Shown: positions 1 through 13,914 of the stretch, piece after piece
How positions within the stretch are numbered: the first letter of the stretch is position 1
Layout: each line of letters begins with the position of its first letter
Program-made: the position numbers and the translations under genes
Assembly: GCA_964016885.1 (NCBI GenBank)
Contig: OZ024743.1
Location: 346,270,001-346,334,000 of the forward strand
Direction: 5' to 3'
Length of the DNA: 64,000 nucleotides
Source: Eledone cirrhosa
Taxonomy: Eukaryota
Notes under the pieces: model-generated
Database searches by the model: none
What the model was told of the DNA's origin: nothing
The model's input: only the letters and a program-made list of their open reading frames with translations

Positions 1-42
<42 letters not shown>

Positions 43-1614
43 CTCCTTATAATCGTTATCCGTCCCTCAATCAAAGCAGATCCGGGACTACAAATCAACA
101 ACTTGTAGAGAAAAGAAATGATTAATAAAGGGATACATGTTGAGTTTAGGGAGACAAGTGGTAAACAAATGGTTTTGATATAGTATTTTGCATGAACGTA
201 AAAAAGAATTTAGAAGCCAAGCGGAGAACATGGCGTGGTATTTGCGTGCAACACATAGTTCAATGTGTGCTCAACAGCACAATCTGGTGTCCGGTATTTC
301 AGTGCTGGAGATAACTTTCACCTTTGAAACACCTTTTTCTGGATACGCTGAAATATATCATGGGCAATGCACTTCCATTCCTGATTAAGGAATACAAACA
401 CTCATCAACATGATCATCACCGTCAGCTGCATTAGCTTCTTCTTCTTTCTTTCTTTCTTTCTTTCCTTTTTTCTGTTGCACCTCACCCTGCCTACTCATA
501 CAAAATTCTTATACATTATCCGGGACTGGCAGCGGAGCAGAACAGAATTTCGCTGTTGTTTGCTCATATTACCAACGTAGCACTACACACACATACGTAC
601 ATACACACACACACACGCTCACACACACACATACACACACACACACACACCACACACGCACACAGACATACACACAGACCTACACTTATTAACCAGGTAG
701 CACTGACTGTCATTTTATGAACAGACTCGTCCAGAACACACACATAAACTCATAGATAGTTACTCAAACAACCAAGAATAACGCAGACAACAAACATACG
801 CACCACATTCTCCTCTCTCCCCGCCTTGTCTTTCTCTAGTATATATTCCTTCTCTCTTTCTCTCCTCTCTTTCACCCTCTATCTCCCACCTTTCTGTCCA
901 CCACCCTACACCCTGTATTTTTCAATTCTCAGTCTTCCCCCCTGTCCATCTCGTCTTTCTTCTCTTCTCAGTCTTCCCTCTCGTTCACCCTCTAACTCAT
1001 ACACATACATACAAACAACGAAACGGACAATCACCTATGGATGGTCTGACATATAGGTACACATGCACTAGGAAACATCTGTCGATGATGATAGAAGTAA
1101 AATATTTCTGAAATGTAGAATATATACTTATTTTAGAGAGAGTGGGAAGGAAAAAATGAGGGAATGCAGAGAGGTTTGGGTAGAGGAGATTAAAGAAAAA
1201 AAGAACAGCTTAAAGAAACCAGTAAAAAATTAGTAAGGGAGAGTATATAACGATAGAGAAGCAGTAGATAGTATTGGCATGAAACATCAAATATATACAG
1301 AGAGGAGATAGGGGGAGGGGGGTGGAGGGGGTGAATTGTGGATAGTTGTGTGAGAATAGTTCTGTAGGATATTCAGCTGAAATTGATGTAATGATATCGA
1401 AGAGAAGAAGGATACATAGTCAGACCGATATATATTATTCTTTATTTAGATAGATATATAGACGGGAGATATGTAATTTTGATAACCACCAACGAGCGGG
1501 AAATAATGAGTTGTTGAATACTCTTTCTTTTGCTCTAGATGAGGTGTGTGACTTTGGTTACAACCTTAAAAATTCATACTCAGTACCAAAGTTAAGTATA
1601 AATATTCGTTTAAT

Positions 1615-2140
1615 GGCTAAGTGGGGCGACTTGTTACTCCGGAGTTTCAGCTGCACACTCACAGGATCTCTGATCAACAGGCTACGCCCTCTCTCAGGCA
1701 AGATTACTCCCAAGGACCCATCGGAGGAACTCCATTTCAATAGCTTGTATTCGTGATCCTATTCTTTCGGTCATTACCCAAGATTCATAACCATAGATAC
1801 GGGTTGGCACGAATACTGAATTGAAGATAGCGAGTTTGGCTTTTACACCTACCTTCCTTCTTCTGATTAACAAATGATGAAGCTATTGCTTAAATGGAAA
1901 AGCTATTGCAATCCTTGCATTTAATTCCGTCTACCACCTTCCATCACTCGAAATACTTGAATTTTTCACATTCTTCCACACGCATGTAGAGTACACTGCA
2001 TCAGATTCCTTGAGATGAAGAGTGTCTGAGTTTTTATAGCAATGATTTTCATTCCAGCCGAGAAGCACTCATCATCAGATCTATCAATTGCATGTCAGAG
2101 ATCACCTTCTGTCGAGTTAACTAATACAGTGTCGTCTGCA
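1615..2140 (-). mobile_element. Degenerate RTE-clade (Expander/REX3-like) LINE reverse transcriptase fragment
   Basis: The minus strand reads SADDTVLVNSTEGDL*HAIDR...AGMKI (a YADD-type motif) and AKLAIFNSVFVPTRIYGYESWVMTERIGSRIQAIEMEFLR. This is the typical RTE RT thumb/C-terminal region, with stops and frameshifts. Confidence 0.8.
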
Positions 2141-3026
2141 GATTCCGACACCGCTGCACACATCTAATTATAATTTAAACTTTATTAAAGTTTATATATA
2201 TAACTTTGTTTATATATATCTATGCACATTTTCAATAGGTCTTCCCCTTCTTTGTCTATTCATTAGTATATGGAACCACACAAGCTACTAATGCAGTTGT
2301 AGTACCAGTACTATCTTTATACATCGAATGCAAGTGGTACGTAACCTAGACTTGGTGGCTGAATAAGTGAGCATCGTTTCGTTTTTGCCTTCTCGATATG
2401 TGTGGGTGTGAGTGTGTATATTAGTATGTGTGTGTGTGTGTATATATATCTACCTACCTACATACATACATGGTGGCTGCAACTCGATTTCGAGTAATGT
2501 TATCGCTTGATACTTAAGCATCACGGACGTGGCTCCCTAGTCATGGTAGGGACCTACCTAAGGCCAGCAATGCCATTAGTCGCAAAAGAAAAATATCACA
2601 TCAATCAATGCCTGTGCTTGAAGCATTTTTAACGGAGGAAAGACTTTGCACGGGGCCAATTCCATTCACTGAACATCAAATTCATTTGTCAAAAAATATT
2701 AGATTGACCTTCTCTAGAGAAAGGTCTTAATGAAAACTAGGAGTTCTCGCTCAAAAAAAAACAAAAAAACTTTATTGGATGACAGTTGACTCTCTTAAGT
2801 TTATCCTCCCTTTCATGGGTCTGTCTATCATCTCGCACGGCGTCCAACATCACCCCCTTCACCGCACCGAGCAAACTAGGTGGGGCTGCCGGTTCAGTAA
2901 CCGAAGACACGACCATGCACAGGTTGTACTGGTTTACATGTTACCAGTAGCGTTGAAGATCGATCTGACATACATACAGACTCACACATAGACACAAACA
3001 CACACGCACACACGCACACACGCACA

Positions 3027-3091
<65 letters not shown>

Positions 3092-3385
3092 TACATACAT
3101 ACATACATACATACATACATACATACATACATACATACATACATACATACATGTTGATTTGCATGTACACATATAACTTAATTTTTAGGTTTTTAGGGAT
3201 GATCAGCATGACACAGCGTGGACAATGCCGGCCCTATGAAATATAGGTAGAAATCATATTTTTTTATATGAGTGGAACAAAGTGAAACTAAGTGCCTTGC
3301 TCAACGTCACGACTTTAAGATTTAGAGTCAAACACCCTATACATAAAGCCACATGAATTTACACATACACACATTTATACATATA

Positions 3386-4331
3386 CTAGCAGTGGTACCC
3401 GGCGTTTCACGGGATAAGATATTTTGGAACGCGGGCCGTCAACAGACTTAATAGTGGAAAAACTGCATGCCTGGACAATATGTAAAGAAAATAAACCGAA
3501 TACTCTGATGGCTGTATAATCTTTAAGATTTTCCTCGATGAGGCAGGAAAAATGCAGGTTTTCACCTAATGCGGGCCCTGGGGGATCAAGAAAATGAATT
3601 TTTTTTATGTGCATAATATGCCTTGAAATTTCGGGAAATTCGGCTAGACGTAACGCCTCCAAAAAGCTCTAAGAAGCTGAAAAAATGAAGTTTTTCACCT
3701 AATGCGGGCCCTAGGCCATAAGAAAGTTGGATTTTCTTTGCTTACGGTATGAAGCAGAGACTGACTAATACATAGTTACAATTTCAAGGAAATCTGTCTG
3801 GCGTAACGCCTCAAAAAACCCCTATAAAACCTGAAAAACGGAGTTTTTCACTTAATGCGAGCCCTAGGAGATTTTAAATAATGGATTTTTTAATGTGCAT
3901 AACACTCCCTGAAACATACGTAATACACATGTAAAGTAAAAAAAAAAATCGGTTGGGTACTTCTCGGGTTTTAGGGATTCAAACTTACAGACACACACAC
4001 GCGCACGCGCACACACACACAGACAGACATCCGCAGGGAAGTGACGTAATGCAGACAGTCAGACATACAGACATATATTATAAGGTCACGACGTTATATG
4101 TATGTATCTATCTAAAAAGAGAATGCTAAGAATTATAGAGCGATATCGCTAAATCGCCTAAAGCCTTCCCTGGGGCATTGACAATTTGAAATTTCTTTTG
4201 CTCAGAACACTCCCTGAAACATAAGTATTACATGTGTAAAGTTTGAAAACAGTCAGTTTGGTGGTTCTCGAGTTTTAAGGATTCGAACTGACACACACAC
4301 ACACAGACATCCTCAGTGTTATATATATAGA
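3386..4331 (-). mobile_element. Non-autonomous Helitron
   Basis: The minus strand starts TC (A|TCTATATATATAA) and ends with a GC hairpin (CCCG-tgaaacgc-CGGG, 3398-3413) followed 8 nt later by CTAG|T, so it is inserted in an AT dinucleotide. It contains internal ~130-155 bp repeats and (CA)/(CAGA) tracts. Confidence 0.8.
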
Positions 4332-4930
4332 TAAATACTTACATACATCCAAGCATCTATATATATACATACACACACAGGTGCATACATACACCCATAC
4401 GTTCATACGTACAAACATACATACATTCATATTTACATCTAATCTATACTTACGTATAGACCTCAATATTTAAATGGGACTACAATTAGATCTAACTTTC
4501 TTAAAATCTAAAACCATGAATGTCGTAATTGAGAGGGAAGATAAACAGTAGACAATAGAAACAACCTAAATTATCGAGTGTAGAGGAAAAACATAATAAC
4601 ATCGTTAAAGTAATATATATTCTTTCTCACTTAACGGACACCTAAAATATGTTCACTAGGAGCTAATAATTAATACCTGAACCTTGAATGGCAGTCACTA
4701 TGATGTTGATTTTATTTATAACTGAAGCTCTCTAAGGAAAGCATACAGAAAGACGTACATGTACATTGTGTCAATTTTCTTCATTTGTCACTACTTCTAT
4801 TATATTTTTAAATCATTTGCTAACTTTTACGTGTTACATTGGCTGCATGTCTGCCAATTTAATTTGCTTTGATTCATGAGACCGGAAAGAAAGTAAAATA
4901 GTAAAATTCAATCATTATTATGTATATGCA

Positions 4931-5113
4931 TTGGCAGTATCGGTAGAGGGTCGGATGCCATGCTTTGCAGCACAGTTACGTCCCTTTACGGATGAGTTCA
5001 AATCCCGCCGAGGTTAACTTTGCCTTTCATCCTTACGGGGTCGATTAAATAAAGTACCAGTAATACACTGAAATAATTGCTGGCCTTGTGCCAAAAGTAG
5101 AAACAATTATTAT
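4931..5113 (+). mobile_element. tRNA-derived SINE, Meta-domain (octopus OK-like) family
   Basis: A-box TGGCAGTATCGG, B-box GAGTTCAAATCC, core GCCTTTCATCCTTACGGGGTCGAT..AAAGTACCAG, tail GGCCTTGTGCCAAAAGTAGAAAC(ATT)n. Confidence 0.85.
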
Positions 5114-5124
5114 GTATATGCATC

Positions 5125-5315
5125 GGCGGTGGATTGGCAGTATCGGTAGAGGGTCTAATGCCATGCTTTGCAGCAAAGAGTTACGGCCGTTTATGGTCTG
5201 GGTTCAAATCCCGCCGAGGTTAACTTTGCCTTTCATCCTTACGGGGTCGATAAAATAAAGTACCAGTAATGTACTGGGTAATTGATCTCCTTGTGTCAAA
5301 TGTAGAAATAATTAT
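5125..5315 (+). mobile_element. Same SINE family, tandem copy
   Basis: Same A/B boxes and core, immediately downstream of the 4931 copy. Confidence 0.85.
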
Positions 5316-6001
5316 ATTGTATATACATATATTCGGATTATTTTTTTTATTCATGTACTGTGTGGAGAATATCCATAATTAATTCGACTTGTGTTGCCGC
5401 CTAGTAACGTAACATAGAATAATCATAGAATAATAATCATGCACACATACACACACATACACACACGGACACACACACATAAACACCCAACCTCCCACAA
5501 CACACACACACGCTTATGCATGTACATATATATATATATATATACAAATAAATAAATGACCTAGTGGTAAAGGTTTGGGAGCTACGATCATTATGTCGTG
5601 GTTTCTACGGCTGGGTACATATTATCGTTGCAGCACCAACACCAGTTACAGATTGCACTAGTAGGTACTAGCAATGGATGAGGTGATAGTGTACTCTACT
5701 GGGCAAGGAGAGTCAATGATATGGAAAAGAGATGAGATAATAGAAGAAATGACACTCTGGAAAAGAAGGAGCGTGCGAGGAGAGAGCTAAAAATAGAGTG
5801 AGTAGCAAAAAGCGCCGGTTTGGGGATCCCATTTTCAAGAGACTGGGTGAAGGGTAGCTCAGGGTGGTGCTTGCGGAGAGTGAGAAGGTGAGAAAAGAAG
5901 TTCATCCATGAGTTTGGTGGGCATATACTAGGCCAATATACTACTTTTGTATGTGGTATGTATTAGAATTTCAACAGTTTATCTCTCTTTATTATATATA
6001 C

Positions 6002-6191
<190 letters not shown>

Positions 6192-7354
6192 GTATAGATA
6201 GTGCTGAAATTCTAATCAATTAATCTGCATATCCAGAACAAACTATATGTATACTAAATCCATCTATGTAAGCCAAGATTTTATTCTATAAAGACGCTCT
6301 TACTCAAATACATCTTCTGTATGTGATGTTACATATCTATTGGTCACGTTTCAATTAGTCAATTACCGTGGGATTTACTCATAGGAACTCTTCTTCAACA
6401 AACTGTGGTCAATGAATATTGCTGCGCCTCGCATTGTTTAATTTTTAATTACATGAAACAATTTACTACACACATGCACACACACACAAGGACATATACA
6501 CGCAAAGCAGGTAAATACTCACAAGAAACATACAAACATACATATGTGTGTGTGTGTGTGTGTATGTGTGTGGGTGTGTTTCTGTGTGTGTGTGTGTGTT
6601 TGTATGTGTGTGTGTACTGTTGAGGGATTGGCCGAAGAGGAAAGTATCTGTCTTCAGTCCTTTCAGCAGCGACCACCACACTGCCACGTTCGTAAAAAAA
6701 AATCATTTAACGAAGAACTATGCAAATCTGAATATTAAAAGTATGTTAGATTCTTGTAGACTGATATGACGTAGGTTGAACTAGAAAATCATCGTACATT
6801 TTAGGCATATATACCCGTAGTGATAGGAAAAAGTGAACAGAATAACTGCGGGAAGATACTTCGCCTATGGCGAATGTCAGACGGTTGCCTTGTCAAACGC
6901 CGAAAATGATACTGCCAACTTAGTCAACATTTTAACCTTTGAAAGATAATTACGGTCAGAACTAAACAAGGAAAGAATTATTTTATGGAGAATTTGTCGA
7001 AATTTTAAACTTGAAAATATGTTACATAGTTGTACGCTTCTAAAAGCAGGTCATCCAATAAAATAGTCGATAAAGTGTCTGGCATACGACTGGTGTAAAT
7101 TCGACTGCGGCAGGTGATCAAGAGAGCTCATGCGATATTTAAGAAGGATAGAGTTCGATTATTCAAAACAGCTACTGGCCACATTTTCCCGACTAGAGCG
7201 TTATTTTACACGATCTTCTAAGTTATCATATATAGCAATTTACTGAAGTTACGGCAATATTCGGGCTTTGAGATTTTGAGATTATAAAGAGTAGGGACAC
7301 ATTTCAGCAGCTAGTTCAACATATATATATGTACAGACATGTGCATATACGTAT

Positions 7355-7390
<36 letters not shown>

Positions 7391-7643
7391 CCGAACTTAT
7401 ATTGATGTAAATTTGGGACTTGACCCGTTCTTCCTCACTTTTCGTTGCTTCACCATCTTTGTTTGTTTACACTCTCGCTGTCCCCTTTATTTACGTGTCC
7501 TAACGACTTTTTTTAGCCATTGCTCGCACCAACCGGAGGTATATGGTCTTTAAAGCGAAGAAATACCTGTGATGGTTGGAAGATCACTGATGAGGACCAC
7601 TTTATTCATATGTAACACATTTGCGACCACGCAGCACGTTTAT

Positions 7644-8185
<542 letters not shown>

Positions 8186-8208
8186 TATCACGACTCGTGT
8201 GTCACACC

Positions 8209-8270
<62 letters not shown>

Positions 8271-8276
8271 AAAGAC

Positions 8277-8557
8277 ACACTTGGGTCACGAATGACCAGG
8301 ATATTTGCACTTGGAAAGTTCCCATCCGATGCACAAATCCGGGTACAGCAGTCGCTCGGGTATACCCGTCTCCAGACCACCGATGTTTTCCTAGGGAAAG
8401 CAAATGTCGATACAGCTTTGCACCAGTGACCCCGTAACTCATTTCTACAGCTGAGCGAACTGGAGCAACGCGAAATAAACGCAAACCCCAGTTGGAGAAT
8501 CGAACTCATAACCCTGTGATTATCCGACGCACTAACCACTAACTAAGCCATGAGCCT
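8277..8557 (-). mobile_element. tRNA-derived SINE of a second family
   Basis: Minus strand: TGGCTTAGTTAGTGG (A-box-like), GAGTTCGATTC (B-box), then TTGCTCCAGTTCGCTCAGCTGTAGAAATGAGT core. Confidence 0.6.
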
Positions 8558-8589
8558 TCATATATATGTATATATATATTTATATTTCC

Positions 8590-9189
8590 TCTCCTTTGAG
8601 CACATTATTTACAGGGAACGGCGAGAGTCTATGGCTACATTAACGTATCCTGATATTTCGCTCCTTATAACAGTCTTTCTCCTCTTTCTCTGTTTGGTTG
8701 AGCACACTTCTCTGAGTGGTTTAGGGCTGCCCTTTCTAGCAGCTCGTCCCTCAGAGGCCACTGGTTCACTGCCCTTAAACACGCTGTGACTTCTCTCTCC
8801 TACGTGTGGTTGGACGGCTGCTTTAAAAATGCTCTTAGTGTTGTCTGAAATGTATAGCCTAACACACGCTGATGAACCTGGGTTATTTCATTTCTATCAA
8901 CAACTCATTGGCGAAACAGATCACTTTGTATTTGTACGTGTGTTATATAGTTATAGAGGTATTTATTTATGCTTTAATTTATATTTTTAATTATCGTGTC
9001 TATATTCTGCCTTTCATAGGTTATATATTCCATACACTAGTGGTTTTTCCCTGTTTTATTGATGGCGCACTGTAGCTCTCTAGTGTGTTACCTTTTCAAC
9101 ATATTGTATTTTAAAGTGCCCAGGATTTCCACTCCTTTGAGCACATTATTTACAGTGAACGGCGAGAGTCTATGGCTCCGTTAATGTAT

Positions 9190-9197
<8 letters not shown>
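8590..9197 (+). mobile_element. ~540 bp non-coding unit with a ~65 bp terminal direct repeat and a hammerhead-like motif
   Basis: CTCCTTTGAGCACATTATTTACAG.GAACGGCGAGAGTCTATGGCT occurs at ~8590 and ~9133. CTGATGA is at 8869-8875 and GAAA at 8913-8916. Both ends abut (TA)n. Confidence 0.6.
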
Positions 9198-9230
<33 letters not shown>

Positions 9231-9257
9231 TGATTATAATAAGAATATAAGAATAAC

Positions 9258-9525
<268 letters not shown>

Positions 9526-9529
9526 TCTG

Positions 9530-11225
9530 TGCCTCGGTAGCACTGCCAAGCGAGCGATTTCTGGAAGTTATCCGGTGCCCCCGGCTCGAAAGTAGGCAGA
9601 ATTTCTGGAGATTCCTCCAAGAAGGTGCCGACCACCTGGATTTTCTGTGTGTTCGACACCATCACGGAGATGTTGTCTGCGTATGCCGACACAGCCTGTT
9701 TCTCGTCCAACAGCACCAGTTTCCACAGTAAATGCTGAAAATACGTACGGAAGTGAGGAGACAGGGCAGTCTTGGCGGACCGATCGAGAAATCTGAAACG
9801 CTTCCGAAAGCTGACCATTAACTTTGACCACCGAACATATGTCGCTGTGCATTGCAGCGATACAGCCTCTGAAGACGGGACCAAAGCCAGTTGCATTGAG
9901 GATAGCCTCCATGTATCAATGGTCGAACCATTCGATACATTTAAATTGATCAGTGCCCTACCGAAGCCAGGTTTACATTTTTTCCACTCTATGATATATC
10001 GCATGCTATTGGGGTTGTCCTGTTTCGCGTGCTTGTTCAAGTTGGCGCCTCCCCTACTATATCCTCGACGAAAAGCGCCATCCTCTTCGTTAACACCTTC
10101 GCCAAAATCTTAAACTCTGTGTTCAGCAGAATTATGTGCCTGCAGTTATCTAACGTATCACCCTTGAACTCGTCAATACGACTCGGTTCACACAACTGTA
10201 AATACTCCCCTTCTGGTTACCTCATTTGGAACAGCAAGTTGCCCTCCACAATTACGAGTCCCAGGAGCCACCACAAATCTAGTCTTGGTGGAATCCTGGG
10301 AATGCGGAATGTAACAGTTGTTTTTCCCATGCGGAAGGGGAACATAGTGAACTTGTTTGTTTTGCCAAGGGTTACTGAATATATTAGAGTGAGGATTTAT
10401 GACTTACAGAGCACTGAGATCGTGCCGTATTGTCTGCCCTTCGCTAAGTATCCTGTGTTGAATCTGATGCACCTCTGTGCAGCTTCGACTTCTCTACTGA
10501 GATGGATCTAAAGAACACAGTTCTCCTTTCCACCACTTCTATGGTTTCATCCAGGACAGTTACGTTGGTCCAGGTTTGCTCTTGTTTAATGAGCTTCCAG
10601 GCCTTGGCCCACTTTTTCTCTTTTTGTTTCAGGTCCAAGCTCAAGCATGGCCACTTTTGACTCCTTCAGAGGCGAAAGCGTTCTTGTCTTTCTCTGTGTT
10701 GCTGTTGCCGGTGACGTTGCTAGTTAAATTGTTATTGGTGTTATTGTCGTTGTTGTTGGTGTTGTTGACGTTGCTGCTTTCACTCTTCTTCGAGTTGCAC
10801 TTGTTGTTGGTTTTGTTGTTGTCGTTTCGTTCTGGCTATTGGTGCTGTCATTGTCCATGTTGATGGTGTTGTTGCTAATTTTGTTGTTGAATGTTGTGTT
10901 TGTAATTGTTATTTTTTCGGTGTTCACAATGGTGCTTGTTGTTGTGTTATCCCTGCTCTGAATGTTTAACTCGTTATCTCGAGACGGCGGACTTAATGTT
11001 GGGGGGACGTGTCTCGTCCATTTAAACAAAAAAAGGTAAGCGAAAATAAAAATAATATACAATTTTCAAATATTTTGGCCAGAAAGCCCAAACATTATAA
11101 TGTTTCCCTTTCACAGGGCATATAGGGAATTCCTATGAACACTTTGCATCAAAAATCAAATACAATTAAAAAAAACAACAACTCAAATTTACAAATTCAT
11201 GGAGCCTTCAAGCAAACAAGTCTTC
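9530..11225 (-). mobile_element. L1/Tx1-clade LINE, internally deleted (5'UTR, ORF1 remnant, RT remnant)
   Basis: RT remnant: QDNPNSMRYIIE..ALINL, SVVKVNGQLSEAFQISRSVRQDCPVSSLPYV, SAYADNISVMV. ORF1 remnant KGRQYGTISVL / MGKTTVTFRIPRIPPRLDLW and the 5'UTR TGCCCTGTGAAAGGGAAAC.TTATAAT both match the copy at 23160-26520. Confidence 0.8.
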
Positions 11226-11858
11226 TAAAATATTAACTGATGTTGCTTTGCCATCCTGCATTACATTTTGAATTAATTGGGGAAGCAATATACGGTGTGT
11301 GTGAGTGAGTGTGCGGATGTCTCATTATAGTGGAAGGTTTCCTTTATATATATATAAGCCTGCTTGCTAATGTACAAGTTTCGATCGTATAAGATCTTCT
11401 CTGCGAAGCATTTTCGCTTTTCCTGTTGGCTAAACTAAAATAAAATGCCAGATACAGATCGTAGAAAGGGAGAAACAATTATTGCATATGTATGCAAAAA
11501 ATTGGTACGGCAAAAATATTGAAAATAAGCGTTCTGAATGAAGAATGAAGTGGTTATTTTAAAGAAGTAAAGGTGGTAGTAGGAAGAAAACTCAAGCAAC
11601 TGTTTTAACAATTATATGCTCAAAATGAAAGTGTTGTTCCGATTGTGATGAGCAAGCAGGAAAAACTTCTCCCGTAGCCTTAAATGATACAAAGAACAAT
11701 TTAAGGCAGAGCAACTGAAGTGGTTCATATCTACAAGTCAAATGATGTTTTATATATATATATATTAAAGAGTTAAACAAGATTCAATGAGCACATCAAA
11801 GAATGAGTTTTACAGTAGATTGGAAGCACTCTACTGAAAAATAATTTCCAGAGTTATT

Positions 11859-12175
11859 AATATTAAAATACAAATATTAATAAAATAGATGTTCTTTTGA
11901 TCAAATAAATGTTATTATACATATTTCAATGGTACAACAGCACGTCCTCATCAGACAAAATATAATAATACATGACATACCCTGAGATGTTAAATGGTTA
12001 AGATTTAAGATTTAATCAAGGTAGCCTTGATTAAATCTTAACCATTTAACATCTCAGGGTATGTCATGTATCATTATATTTCGTCTGATGAGGACGTACT
12101 GTTGTACCTTTGAAATATGTATAATACAATTTAATTTATCAAAAGAACATATATTTTATTAATATTTGTATTTTA

Positions 12176-12178
<3 letters not shown>
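11859..12178. mobile_element. Fold-back element with a hammerhead motif on each arm
   Basis: Arms of ~155 bp are inverted about aatcaagg-tag-ccttgatt (~12023). CTGATGA..GAAA-tatgta-TA is on + at 12085-12123 and on - at 11916-11954. The right end abuts (TA)n. Confidence 0.9.
12079..12128 (+). ncRNA. Minimal type I hammerhead ribozyme motif (right arm of fold-back; mirror copy on - at ~11910-11960)
   Basis: tttcgt CTGATGA ggacgtactgttgtaccttt GAAA tatgta TA ataca; stems I and II are partly decayed. Confidence 0.6.
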
Positions 12179-12233
<55 letters not shown>

Positions 12234-12237
<4 letters not shown>

Positions 12238-12454
12238 AGTTAGAAAGAGAAGTTTTCGCCGTATTCTGATTAAAGAAAATTAACCTGATAGCGGGATTTA
12301 AAACCCTCCAAATGGAAAAGGATGAATATATTGCTGTAATGTACGTCAATATTAATCCTTTTCCATCCTTTTCCATTTACAGGGTTTTGAACCCCACTAT
12401 CAGGCTAATATTCTTTAGTCAAAATATGGCGAAAGCTTCTATTTCTAACTCAAT
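12234..12454. repeat. Older, imperfect inverted repeat (arms ~90 bp)
   Basis: ATTGAGTTAGAAA.AGAAG.TTTCGCC...AAATGGAAAAGGATG versus CATCCTTTTCCATTT...GGCGAAAGCTTCT.TTTCTAACTCAAT; abuts (TA)n. Confidence 0.8.
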
Positions 12455-13579
12455 TTCTACCTTCAGCCGCCGCCTTCAAAACAACACGCTTGCTTTGATA
12501 TATATGTATATGTATACGCAACATTTGGTCAAATTCACATCCTTTACGTATACGCGGGTTTCACTGAGGAAGTTATTCTTTTCAGTTCGTCAATTCACAA
12601 TATTTGATATGGATGTCAGGATTGCATGAGAGCTGTTATAGAAGGGGAAATAACTTGGATAGGTTCGATGGTAAGTTAGGTAGGGTGGATAAATCTTATA
12701 TAGTATTGTGCAAAATAGGACATTTTTCGTACTTATCGTTGGGAATTCTATTATGTAGGCTGAAATGATATAGCGGAGAGTTTACCTTAAAGGTTTCTCG
12801 GGTGCTAGATATGTAATATCAAGTACATACGCTGCTATTTCTTTCCAGTACACATAATAGGTTTGTTGGTACTGGTAAATCTGCCTGTCTAGCAGATGCA
12901 GAGTTGTGATAATAGAGGCGATATTAATCGTGGTTGTGATGCTGTGATGGTTGAAGTAACAGTTGTAGCGTTGTGATATGATTATTAATAGAAGTAGTGG
13001 CTTTGGTGGCGTTGTATTACATGTAGTGCTATGATAATAGACTTTTTGATGATGGGAGTGAGTGAAGTGGTGGTGATTTCAGTATTTGTTGTTGTGGTGG
13101 TAGAAGTTGTGGTTGATGTTGGTGCATATGGTGAACGACTGTGGAAGTGGGAAGGGAGAGGAAAGACTTACATCTATCCTGTCGGGCATTTTACCGGAAA
13201 ATGTTGATAAGATTTTGGTCGGTTGATTGGGTGGGTATTGATAAGAGTGAGCAGTTTTTGTGTTTGATGGGGAGGGAATAAGGAAAGTACTATAAAGTTC
13301 TATGAATGTTTGCAAACAAAGAATTTCTTACCTCTGGCCAAGTTGCTTCTTTGATAAAACTATTCACATTCACATATTTCAGACTGGTCATCAAAGATAA
13401 AAAAATCACCATTGACATAAACCAACCTTGACATCTTCACACAGAAGTGGGTGGAGCACATAAAGATTTAGAGCCAATGTGAAGATTTATTTATAGACCC
13501 AGACACATATAATAAACGTACATATATATATATATATATATATACATATATATACATATATATATATATATATCAATAC

Positions 13580-13636
<57 letters not shown>

Positions 13637-13667
13637 TATATATATATACATATATGTATATATATAT

Positions 13668-13711
<44 letters not shown>

Positions 13712-13830
13712 TTACAAATATATACACACACTTATATATGTATAAACACACACTTACAAATAAACACTACATACATACACGCGCCGACTTTCAAGTAGTG
13801 ACACACACATACATACAGACACACACACAT

Positions 13831-13914
<84 letters not shown>

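Noticed and set aside
5696-5905. 69 aa ORF, possible LINE fragment or exon
   Set aside because: No recognisable motif or convincing splice context
12640-13330. Possible very old GIY-YIG/Penelope remnant on the minus strand (YYISSTRETFKV)
   Set aside because: Only one weak motif amid stops; it cannot be supported without a profile search
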